Source: Mobula hypostoma (Eukaryota). Taken from it: a DNA stretch of 64,000 nt. The DNA lies in assembly GCF_963921235.1 (NCBI RefSeq), contig NC_086097.1, forward strand, positions 54,562,001-54,626,000, in the 5' to 3' direction. The notes under the pieces were generated by a model that was not told the origin of the DNA, did not search any database, and worked only from the letters and a program-made list of their open reading frames with translations. Position 1 is the stretch's first letter, and the number at the start of each line of letters is the position of its first letter. The position numbers and the translations under genes were made by a program. Positions 46,599 to 57,781 of this stretch are shown here, one piece after another.

Positions 46599-49440
46599 AA
46601 ATATGAGGGCGTGGATTGACACGTGGAATTACGACGTTGTAGCAATTAGTGAAACTTGGCTAAAGGAGGGGCAGGACTGGCAGCTTAATATTCCAGGGTT
46701 CCGATGTTTCAGATGTGATCGAGGCAGAGGAATGAAAGCTGGGGGAGTAGCATTGCTTGTTAGGGAAAATATTACAGCAGTGCTCAGGCAGGACAGATTA
46801 GAGGGCTTGTCTACTGAGTCCTTATGGGTGGAGCTGAGAAACAGGAAAGGTATGGCCACATTAGTGGGATTGTATTACAGACCACCCAATAGTCAACGAG
46901 ACTTGGAAGAGCAAATCTGCAGAGAGACAGCAGGCAACTGCAGGAAACATAAAGTTGTGGTGGTAGGGGATTTTAATTTTCCATATATTCATTGGGACTC
47001 CCATACTGTTAGGGGTCTAGATGGTTTAGAGTTTGTAAATTGTGTTCAGGAAAGTTTTCTAAATCAATATATAGAGGGACCAACTAGAGGGGATGCAATA
47101 TTGGATCTCCTGTTAGGAAACGAGTTAGGACAAGTGACAGAAGTTTGTGTAGGGGAGCACTTTGGTTCCAGTGATCATAACACCATTAGTTTCAGCTTAA
47201 CCATGGACAAGGATAGACTGGTCCTAGGGTTGAGGTTCTTAACTGGAAGAAGGCCAAATTTGAAGAAATGAGAAAGGATCTAAAAATCGTGGATTGGGAC
47301 AGGTTGTTCTCTGGCAAGGATGTGATCGGTAGGTGGAAACCCTTCAAAGGAGAAATTTTGAGAGCGCAGAATTTGTATGTTTCTGTCAGGATTAAAGGCA
47401 AAGTGAATAGGAATAAGGAACCTTGGCTCTCAAGGGATATTGCAACTCTGATAAAGAAGAAGAGGGAGTTGTATGACATGTATAGGAAGCAGGGAGTAAA
47501 TAAGGTGCTTGAGGAGTATAAGAAGTGCAAGAAAATACTTAAGAAAGAAATCAGGAGGGCTAAAAGAAGACATGAGGTTGCCTTGGCAGTCAAAGTGAAG
47601 GATAATCCAAAGAGATTTTACAGGTATATTAAGAGCAAAAGGATTGTAAGGGATAAAACTGGTCCTCTTGAAGATCAGAGTGGTCGGCTATGTGTGGAAC
47701 GAAAGGAAATGGGGGAGATCTGAAATAGGTTTTTTGTGTCTGTATTTACTAAGGAAACTGGCATGAAGTCTATGGAATTAAGGGAAACAAGTAGTGAGAT
47801 CATGGAAACTGTACAGATCAAAAAGGAGGAGGTCCTTGCTGTCTTGAGGAAAATTAAAGTGGATAGATCCCCGGGACCTGACAGGGTGTTCCCTCGGACA
47901 TTGAAGGAGACTAGTGTTGAAATTGCAGGGGCCCTGGCTGAAATATTTAAAATGTCGCTGTCTACAGGTGAGGTGCCGCAGGATTGGAGAGTGGCTCATG
48001 TTGTTCCATTGTTTAAAAAAGGATCGAAAAGTAATCCGGGAAATTATAGGCTGGTAAGTTTAACATCGGTAGTAGGTAAGTTATTGGAGGGAGTACTAAG
48101 AGACAGAATCTACAAGCATTTGGATAGACAGGGATTTATTAGGGAGAGTCAACATGGCTTTGTGCGTGATAGGTCATGTTTGACCAATCTATTGGAGTTT
48201 TTCGAAGAGGTTACCAGGAAAGTGGATGAAGGGAAGGCAGTGGATATTGTCTACATGGACTTCAGTAAGGCCTTTGACAAGGTCCCGCATGGGAGGTTAG
48301 TTAGGAAAATTCAGTCGCTAGGTATACATGGAGAGGTGGTAAATTGGATTAGACATTGGCTCAATGGAAGAAGCCAAAGAGTGGTAGTAGAGAATTGCTT
48401 CTCAGAGTGGAGGCCTGTGACTAGTGGTGTGCCACAGGGATCAGGGCTGGGTCCATTGTTATTTGTCATCTATATCAATGATCTGGATGATAATGTGGTA
48501 AACTGGATCAGCAAATTTGCTGATGATACAAAGATTGGAGGTGTAGTAGACAGTGAGGAAGGTTTTCAGAGCCTGCAGAGGGACTTGGACCAGCTGGAAA
48601 AATAGGCTGAAAAATGGCAGATGGAGTTTAATACAGACAAGTGTGAGGTATTGCACGTTGGAAGGACAAACCAAGGTAGAACATACAGGGTTAATGGTAA
48701 GGCACTGAGGAGTGCGGTGGAACAGAGGGATCTGGGAATACAGATACAACATTCCCTAAAAGTGGCGTCACAGGTAGATAGGGTCGTAAAGAGAGCTTTT
48801 GGTACATTGGCCTTTATTAATCAAAGTATTGAGTATAAGAGCTGGAATGTTATGATGAGGTTGTATAAGGCATTGGTGAGGCCGAATCTGGAGTATTGTG
48901 TTCAGTTTTGGTCACCAAATTACAGGAAGGATATAAGTAAGGTTGGAAGAGTGCAGAGAAGGTTTACAAGGATGTTGCCGGGACTTGAGAAACTCAGTTA
49001 CAGAGAAAGGTTGAATAGGTTAGGACTTTATTCCCTGGAGCGTAGAAGAATGAGGGGAGATTTGTTAGAGGTATATAAAATTATGATGGGTATAGACAGA
49101 GTGAATGCAAGCAGGCTTTTTCCACTGAGGCAAGGGGAAAAAAAAACCAGAGGACATGGGTTAAGGGTGATGGGGGAAAAGTTTAAAGGGAACATAAGGG
49201 GGGGGCTTCTTCACACAGAGAGTGGTGGGAGTATGGAATGAGCTGCCAGACGAGGTGGTAAATGCGGGTTCTTTTTTAACATTTAAAAATAAATTGGACA
49301 GATACGTGGATGGGAGGTGTATGGAGGGATATGGTCCGTGTGCAGGTCAGTGGGACTAGGCAGAAAATGGTTCGGCACAGCCAAGAAGGGCCAGAAGGCC
49401 TGTTTCTGTGCTGTAGTTTCCATGGTTCTATGGTTCTATA
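46599..49440 (+). mobile_element. Young CR1 LINE with near-complete ORF2 (APE endonuclease plus RT), disabled
   Basis: ORFs of 222, 151, 289 and 206 aa with ISETWL, YYRPP, GDFN, SDH and KFADDTK; stops at 47721 and 48603, frameshift near 47220; tail (ATGGTTCT)n. Confidence 0.97.
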
Positions 49441-49726
49441 AGCAAAAATTAGATATCAGAAACCTACACGATCCTTTTGCTTGTATCGTTTGATCTTTTC
49501 TTCCCTCCCCCACCTCAGCAGGGAATATTTTTCTTCTTTAGAACGCAACTTTTTTGCCACTGACAACTTAGCTAGAGGAGTCTTTTATTGAAAACTGGAA
49601 GTGTTGTACTTGTATTTAATTAGATTGATCTCATTACCTGAATTTATGATTACATTTTGCTGATCAAGCATTGTTTGTATAATCACTCAATTTCTCACTC
49701 AGTCTGTGGCTGCAACCTTAAAGCTG

Positions 49727-50215
49727 CAGACACCCCACCCTGCAAAAACTCATTTCAGGGAGGTAGCACCATCAATTTGCGGGAGACTCCTGGAACTTCC
49801 GGGAGAGATAGGATGTCTGCAATAGTGTAGCTCCTTAGCAGCTAGCCAGCTAGTTAAAATAATGTTAGCTATGCTAATGAATGAATGACACATGTTAAAC
49901 TCACTTCAACATGTCTTTTACAGTCTTAACCCACCATGGGCAATAGAAAAGTCACTGTTGCAAACAGTGCAGCGAGCAACACTGTCATTATTTTTTACCC
50001 CTATTAGGCAGGGGTACACTTTAGTGTAGTCTGGGGTGACGTACATTTTATTATTTTTTTTGGAACACTCTGCTATGGCACGCACTCGCTCGCTCTCTCT
50101 CGCTTGCTCTCAAAAAAATGTAGTTCCGGGACATTGTATATAATTTGCGGGCATCAGCGAGCCACTATTAATATGCGGGAGACTCCCGGAACTTCCGGGA
50201 GAGGTGGGATGTCTG
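49727..50215. mobile_element. Non-autonomous DNA transposon with 6-bp TSD (possibly hAT-related)
   Basis: TIRs CAGACACCCCACC / GGTGGGATGTCTG; TSD AAGCTG at 49721-49726 and 50216-50221; subterminal CGGGAG repeats. Confidence 0.82.
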
Positions 50216-50551
50216 AAGCTGGAACTAACAAAACTTAAATATTAAATTAATATACCAGACTTCAAGATTTAGCTAAATAAACAAAAGTAATTACAATAGG
50301 ATAAAGAAGCCCCATTAAGAAATCAAGTAAAGTAGACTAGCGTTTTCAAAATTGGGAAAAACTGAGGTAAAGTAATGGGATTTTCCCTTCTCTAAGAATC
50401 GCAGAAAATTTGGTTGTTCACAATACAACAATCAAAGGTTAGTGAGTCCATTTAAGATTGCCAAAGGAGATGGTAGAAAGTTAAGCAAAGCAGCACACAT
50501 AAAAGTTGCTGCAGAACGCTGCAGGCCAGGCAGCATCTCTAGGAAGAGGTA

Positions 50552-50589
50552 CAGTCGACGTTTCAGGCCGAGACCCTTCGTCAGGACTC
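50552..50589 (-). ncRNA. Minimal type-I hammerhead ribozyme motif (intact core)
   Basis: Minus strand: agtc CTGACGA agggtctcggcct GAAAC GTC gact; stem I agtc/gact. Confidence 0.75.
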
Positions 50590-51810
50590 ACTGAAGGAAG
50601 AGTTAGTAAGAGATTTGAAAGTTGGAGGGGGAGGGGGAGATCCAAAATGATAGGAGAAGACAGGAGGGGGAGGGATGGAGCCAAGAGCTGGACAGGTGAT
50701 TGGCAAAGGGGATATGAGAGGCTCATGGGACAGGAGGCCTCGGGAGAAAGAAAGGGGGAGGGGGGAAGCCCAGAGGATGGGCAAGGGGTATAGTGAGAGG
50801 GACAAAGGGAGAAAAAGGAGAGAGAGAGTATATAGAATAATAAAGAAGAAATAAATAATGGATGGGGTGGTGGGGCATTAAAGGAAGTTAGAGAAGTCAA
50901 TGTTCATGCCATCAGGTTGGAGGCTACCCAGACAGAATATAAGGTGTTGTTCCTCCAATCTGAGTGTGGCCTTATCTTTACAGTAGAGGAGGCCGTGGAT
51001 AGACATATCAGAATGGGAATGGGACATGCAATTAAATGTGTGGCCACTAGGAGATCCTGCTTTCTCTGGCGGACAGAGCGTAGGTGTTCAGCGAAATGGT
51101 CTCCCAGCCTGGTCGGGTCTCGCCAATATATGGAAGGCTGCTTCGGGAGCACCGGACGCAGTATATCACCCCAGCCGACTCACAGGTGAAGTGTCGCCTC
51201 ACCTGGATGGACTGTCTGGGGCCCTGAATGGCTCCTGATGCGGCCTTCTATATATTGGTGAGACCTGATGCAGGCAGGGAGACCATTTCACTGAACACCT
51301 ACGCTCTGTCCGCCAGAGAAAGCAGGAACTTCCAGTGGCCACACATTTAATTGCACGTCCCATTCCCAGTCTGATATGTCTATCCACAGCCTCCTCTTCT
51401 GTCAAGATGAAGCCACACTCAGAATGGAGGAACAACACCTTATATTCCATCTGGGTAACCTCCAACCTGCTGGCATGAACATTGACTTCTCTAACTTCTG
51501 TTAATGCCCCACCTCCCCTTCTGCTATTTATTTCTTCTTTATTATTATTTATATATATATATATATATTCTCTCTCCTTTTTCTCCCTCTGTCCCTGTCA
51601 CTATACTCCTTGCCCATCCTCTGGGCTTTTTTCCCCCTCTTCTCCCTTTCTTTCTCCCTGGGCGTCCTGTCCTATGATCCTCTCATATCCCTTTTGCCAA
51701 TCAACTGTCCAGCTCTTGGCTCCATCCCTCCCCCTCCTGTCTTCTCCTATCATTTTGGATCTCCCCCTCCCCCTCCCACTTTCAAATCTCTTACTCACTC
51801 TTCCTTCAGT

Positions 51811-51848
51811 TAGTCCTGACGAAGGGTCTCGGCCTGAAACGTCGACTG
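51811..51848 (+). ncRNA. Minimal type-I hammerhead ribozyme motif (intact core)
   Basis: tagtc CTGACGA (51816-51822) agggtctcggcct GAAAC (51836-51840) GTC gactg; predicted cleavage after C51843. Confidence 0.78.
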
Positions 51849-52627
51849 AACCTCTTCCTAGAGATGCTGTCTGGCCTGCTGTGTTCACCAGCAACTTTGA
51901 TGTGCGTTGCTTGGAATTCCAGCATCTACAGATTTCCTCATGTTTGTGAGGTTAAGCAAAGTTTATTTTTATATGCAGGTGTTATTCAGGATGTGGATTC
52001 TGAGACACCCAATACAGTGTATGAGTCATCATCTATGGGCAGAGGGAATAATCTGATACAGTAGTTTAAAATGTTTTTTTTTACTTTTTGACCCAAATGA
52101 CTGCTGACTTTCAATTAGTTTAATATTTTTATATATCTCTTGCTTGTTGAAGGTGCTGTGTTTTCTTTTGGAGTATACCATGATTTATTTGGCTAAAATA
52201 CTTCCCATGACATTACTAAAAATGTGAAAACAGAAATCTAGGTTTTCATATGCCAGTACTTGGGATAGACCAATTCTTGGTGATTGATTGTAAATTGAAA
52301 CAAACAAGGCAATACACAAGTAGGTGACGATGATCTTTTAGTAATGTGGCATTTTAAAATAATTTATTTAAAATTAATTGGCTAATATATTAGGAAAATT
52401 CAGTCACTATAGAAGAGAAACATAATTAAGAATAGCCCAAGCTGGTGAATCAGTGTTTCTGAACTGTAATCCTCCTACAAGTTCCTTTCAATTGGTTTCC
52501 CTGCTCATTGCAACCAACCACTGTAGTTTTACAAACTTAAGCATTCCCAATGGATTGAGATAAAGTTACTTTCACTTTGGGTGGAATCATTGCTAACAAC
52601 ACAATAATCCTGATTTTACTTGCACCA

Positions 52628-52992
52628 CTGAGCAATTGGTTTTGTTACATCTCCCCTCTTGCTGTGAAACGGGGACAACTCTTTCCCTTATTAGGGGGAG
52701 AGAGAGGGACAGCCTGTGGTATGTCGAATTACCGGGTGAATGAGCAGTCTTTGGGGTACTGTAAGTCTGTGTCTTTATTGATGTTTTGCTGCACGCTGGA
52801 GTGCACAGTGGCGGGGGGGGGGCTCTGATGCTTTCTTGCTGGTGGGGGCCTTGGGGTTCTAACATTTAACTGTCATTCATTCTTTTGGGCACTGCTCTGT
52901 TCTCTTGGATGTTTGTGAAGAAGAATAATTTCAGGATGTATATTGTATACATTTCTCTGACATTAAATGTACCTAATGAAACCTACCTATTG
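52628..52992 (+). mobile_element. Short non-autonomous retroposon; a related copy lies at ~62330-62555
   Basis: Both share ATTTCAGGATGTATATTGTATACATTTCTCTGACATTAAAT followed by a short tandem tail. Confidence 0.7.
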
Positions 52993-53606
52993 AAATAACT
53001 AACTAGGTTGGTCCAATTTTAGGAATAAACAAACAAATCTTATACAACTTAAAGTTGTTGCAGAATACCTGCCTGTAAACTGCCTGTACTTTTTGCTAAT
53101 TAGGATAAGCACACACTTACATTGAGTATATTATAAAGTAGCAACAACTTCAACCAGTTAAGGGTTTTGCACCTTTGAATTTCCCCCTTTCCCCCATTTA
53201 GGAAAGTGGGGGTAGAGTTACTGACCAAATTAAAGACCAAGATAAATGTTGGTCTGCAGGCATGTTGAGGACTATGGGGCAAAATCAGTAAAGTGAAACT
53301 GAGCTACGATTACATCAGCCATGATCTTATTAAACGGAGGAACTGCACCAAGGGGCTGCATAACCCACCTCTCCGTCACTATTTGATCTCTCAAACATAT
53401 ATGAAGGGGCATATTAAAGCCTTGCCCACTAACATAAGAAAGAAAACATTAACAGCTGGCTGTCACAAATAAAAATAATCAAATGTTCACAAATCTCTAA
53501 TTTTACAGTAACATTAAGAATGAATTAAAACAATTCACATTGTAAGTAAATTAATGAAAGTTATATAAAACTCAAGTGAATCTCACTAACACGAGGAAAT
53601 CTGCAG

Positions 53607-55406
53607 ATGCTGAGAGAGGTCTGGAGTGGGATGAGGACCATCACTGGGTTCCGGGAAACTAGTAACAGAGGAGCTGAGGGCAGTGTGGACAGGGCCAACG
53701 AACTTAACCTGTTCTTTAACAGATTCGACATTGTGGCCCCTGCCCATCCCCTTCGTGAGTCATCTGTTGTTGGCCCCCAACCAACACATATTCCACTCTC
53801 CCCTCCTACCCCTCCTCACAGTCCCCCACCCTGCTCTCATGACTATACCTCTTCCCAACATGAAACCACCACAGTGGGCTTCACAGCTGAACAGGTGAGA
53901 AGACAGCTGAAACGTCTCAACCCAAGCAAGGCTGCAGGACCGGATGGTGTCAGTACCAGGGTGCTCAAAGCCTGCGCCCCTCAGCTATGTGGAGTACTTC
54001 GCCATGTATTCAACCTGAGCCTGAGGCTCCAGAGGGTTCCTGTGCTGTGGAAGACGTCCTGTCTCGTCCCTGTGCCGAAGACGCCGCGCCCCAGCGGCCT
54101 CAATGACTACAGACCGGTGGCATTGACCTCCCACATCATGAAGACCCTGGAGAGACTTGTTCTGGAGCTGCTCCAGCCTATGGTTAGGCCATACTTAGAT
54201 CCCCTCCAGTTCGCCTACCAGCCCCGACTAGGAGTTGTGGATGCCATCGTCTACCTGCTGAACCGTGTCTACGCCCACCTGGACAAGCCAGCGAGCACTG
54301 TGAGGGTCATGCTTTTTGACTTCTCCAGTGCGTTCAACGCCATCCGTCCTGCTCTGCTGGGGGAGAAGCTGACAGCGATGCAGGTGGATGCTTTCCTGGT
54401 GTCATGGATTCTTGATTACCTGACTGGCAGACCCTTATACGTGTGCTTGCAACACTGTGTGTCTGACAGAGTGATCAGCAGCACTGGAGCTCCACAGGGG
54501 ACTGTCTTGTCTCCCTTTCTCTTCACCATTTACACCTCAGACTTCAACTACTGCACAGAGTCTTGTCATCTTCAGAAGTTTTCTGGTGACTCTGCCATAG
54601 CTGGATGCATCAGTAAGGGAGATGAGGCTGAGTACAGGACTACGGTAGGAAACTTTGTCACATGGTGTGAGCAGAATTATCTGCAGCTTAATGTGAAAAA
54701 GACTAAGGAGCTGGTGGTAGACCTGAGGAGAGCTAAGGTACCGGTGACCCCTGTTTCCATCCAGGGGGTCAGTGTGGACATGGTGGAGGATTACAAATAC
54801 CTGGGGATATGAATTGACAATAAACTGGACTAGTCAAAGAACACTGAGGCTGTCTACAAGAAGGGTCAGAGCCGTCTCTATTTCCTGAGGAGACTGAGGT
54901 CCTTTAACATCTGCCGGATGATGCTGAGGATGTTCTTCGAGTCTGTGGTGGCCAGTGCGATCATGTTTGCTGTTGTGTGCTGGGGCAGCAGGCTGGGGGT
55001 AGCAGACACCAACAGAATCAACAAACTCATTCGTAAGGCCAGTGATGTTGTGGGGATGGAACTGGACTCTCTGACAGTGGTGTCTGAAAAGAGGATGCTG
55101 TCCAAGTTGCTACCATCTTGGACAATGTCTCCCGTCCACTACATAATGTACTGGGTGGGCACAGGAGTACATTCAGCCAGAGACTCATTCCACCGAGATG
55201 TAACACAAAGCGTCATAGGAAGTCATTCCTGCCTGTGGCCATCAAACTTTACAACTCCTCCCTTGGAGGGTCAGACACCCTGAGCCAATAGGCTGGTCCT
55301 GGACTTATTTCCTGGAATAATTTACATATTACTATTTAACTATTTATGGTGCAACTGTAACGAAAACCAATTTCCCCCAGGATCAATAAAGTATGACTAT
55401 GACTAT
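53607..55406 (+). mobile_element. Young 5'-truncated Rex1 retrotransposon with a 401-aa RT ORF
   Basis: KAAGPDGV, DYRPVALTSHIMKTLERL, DFSSAFN and GAPQGTVLSP; catalytic motif reads KFSGDS; AATAAA followed by (GACTAT)n tail. Confidence 0.96.
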
Positions 55407-55473
55407 TTCAAGCAACACACATAAAAATTGCTGGTGAATGCAGCAGGCTAGGCAGCATCTCTAGGAAGAGGTA

Positions 55474-55511
55474 CAGTCGATGTTTCGGGCCAAGACCCTT
55501 CATCAGGACTA
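55474..55511 (-). ncRNA. Minimal type-I hammerhead ribozyme motif (AUC variant)
   Basis: Minus strand: tagtc CTGATGA agggtcttggccc GAAAC ATC gactg. Confidence 0.65.
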
Positions 55512-56949
55512 ACTGAAAGAAGAGCTAGTAAGAGATTTGAAAGTGGGAGGGGGAGGGGGAGATCCGAAATGATAGGAGAAGACAGGAGGTGGAGGGATGG
55601 AGCCAAGAGCTGGACAGTTGATTGGCAAAAGGGATACGAGAGGATCATGGGACAGGAGGCCTCGGGAGAAAGACAAGGTGGGGGGGAACCCAGAGGATGG
55701 GCAAGGAGTGTAGTGAGAGGGACAGAGGGAGAAAAAGGAGAGAGAGAGAGAAAGAATGTGTGTATATAAATAAATAACGGATGGGGTACAAGGGGGAGGT
55801 GGGGCATTAGCAGAAGTTAGAGAAGTCAACGTTCATGCCATCAAGTTAGAGGCTACCCAGACGGAATATAAGGTGTTGTTCCTCCAACATGAGTGTGGCT
55901 TCATCTTTACAGTAGAGGAGGCCGTGGATAGACATGTCAGAATGGGAATGGGACGTGGAATTAAAATGTGTGGCCACTGGGAGATCCTGCTTTCTCTGGC
56001 AGACAGAGCGTAGGTGTTCAGTGAAACGGTCTCCCAGTCTGCGTTGGGTCTCGCCAATATATAGAAGGCCACATCGGGAGCACCGGACACAATATATCAC
56101 CCCAGCTGACTCACAGGTGAAGTGTCGCCTCACCTGGAAGTTCTGTCTGGGTCCCTGAATGGTGGTAAGGGAGGAAGTGTAAGGGCACGTGTAGCACTTG
56201 TTCCGCTTCCAAAGATAAGTGCCGGGAGGGAGATCAGTGGGGAGGGATGGAAGGCATCACCGGAAGAGGCTTCGCAGTAGTGAATTTAAAAACGCAAACG
56301 CAAGGAAATCTCACTGTTCACTTAATCCCATCATTAGAAACCAGTGCTTTAACATGTTCAATTTATGTTCTTTACTTGCCTCTTCACTACTTCATCTAAG
56401 CCACACCTTGAATACGTCTATTGGCAACTCTGTTAATCACCAATCATAATGGCACAGAATTTGCAGTTGCAATACTGATGAACTATCAGCATTTACCACT
56501 GAAAATGGTTCTACAATTTTTTTTCTATGAGCGGTTATAATATGTACTATATTTTTCTCTGACACAGGAGACCACTTGGACCATTGAGTGCATACCTAGT
56601 CTCAGAACAATTACATTCACCCACCTGTTTCGCTGCACTGCACCTTACACAGAAATCCTGAAGCTATTTTCAGTGGTTGGACTTTTAATGCTGAGAAAAA
56701 TAAATTGACCAAAATGTTAACTAGTTAAAATTTCAAGCTGTAGTAAAATAGAACATAGAACAATACAGGCGCTTCAGCCCACGATGTTGTGCTGACTTTT
56801 TAACTTCAAGGTCATTCCAACCATTCCCTCCCGCATACCCTCCTCTTTACTTTCATCCATATGTCTGTCTAAAAGACTCTTCAATCTCCCTATGTATCCA
56901 CACTTCCCACCACCCCGGCAGTGTGTTCCACACAATTAGCACTCTCTGT

Positions 56950-57781
56950 TGTCATGTGTGAAGCCAAGCAGAGCTGCAGAACGGATGATGTTAATGAGAG
57001 AGCTAATGAGAGACAACGGAGAGCCATTCAAAATGCTAATAAGAGAGAAGAGAGAGAACGAGAGAGAGACACATAATTCAGTATGTGGCGTCTGCCACAG
57101 ACAGTTTGCTTTGAACCTGAACTGTTCTTTAACAATCCTGCTGAGACAATAGGAAGTGTGAAGTTTGATGGACAGGTGATACCCCATCAGGGGGATAAAA
57201 ATAGTGGGTTTGCTAAGGCACGACACACACGCCACGAGACCCTGGAAAGAGCATTGTGCCCCACAAGTTGGTGGGAGTTTGGAGGACTGATTCACGGGAA
57301 TCGGTCAGAGGCTCACAGGGTGTAAAGGTACGACCGGTGGGGACCAGTTGTGTGTCCGCCCTTGCCTGGGTGCCAGGTTCACCACGGAAGAACGGTCGCA
57401 TCCGGAACGGAGAGGTCACAGTCGGTGACCACAGCTGGATCAGAAGGCATTGAATGGTTTGCCTGAAACCAACTGTATCTCTCACTCTCTCTCCCCCCAA
57501 CGGTAAAACAGCAGCGATTACTTCGAATTACACTAGACTGAACTGAACTCTGCTTCACCTTAAGACTGATCATTTTACCCCCAGACTGCGATAGAGCTTG
57601 GTTGATTCCTATTACCCTATTTCTCTGTATATGAGTATACTATCATTGCTAACCTGTTACATTGCGGTCAGTGTACTGTATTACTTATTTTTGTTAATAA
57701 AACTTTATTAGTTCTAGTAATCACAGACTCCGAGTGTTCCATTTCTGCTGGTTTGACAACCCAGTTACGGGGTACGTAACA
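56950..57781 (+). mobile_element. Solo LTR (~830 bp) inserted in a CR1 3' end (~56747-57915, minus)
   Basis: TGT...ACA termini (TGTCATGT / ACGTAACA); near-perfect 4-bp TSD CTGT/CTGC; TATA-like GATAAAAA at ~57194 and AATAAA at ~57696; no internal coding region. Confidence 0.8.

Larger units (their letters stand above)
50491..51950. mobile_element. Inverted (head-to-head) pair of Penelope-like 3' ends forming one insertion
   Basis: Minus copy 50491-51231 and plus copy 51232-51950, with mirrored ORFs in the track; direct repeat GTTAAGCAAAG at 50480-50490 and 51951-51961. Confidence 0.93.
53588..56311 (-). mobile_element. Penelope-like element (GIY-YIG C-terminus plus pseudo-LTR), terminus split by a Rex1 insertion
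   Basis: ORF 55846..56133 GVIYCVRCSRCGLLYIGETQRRLGDRFTEH...VATHFNSTSH; terminal AACACGAGGAAATCTGCAGATGCTG at 53588 rejoins TTCAAGCAACACAC at ~55407. Confidence 0.9.

Noticed and set aside
46603..49241. Active LINE or functional reverse transcriptase gene
   Set aside because: In-frame stops and frameshifts; no ORF1 or 5'UTR.
50481..50900. Recurrent Pro/Ser/Leu-rich ORFs (…SPDEGSRPETSTVPLPRDAAW…) as a protein family
   Set aside because: They are translations of the pyrimidine-rich Penelope terminal repeat; the conserved 'PDEGSRPETS' is the hammerhead nucleotide motif.
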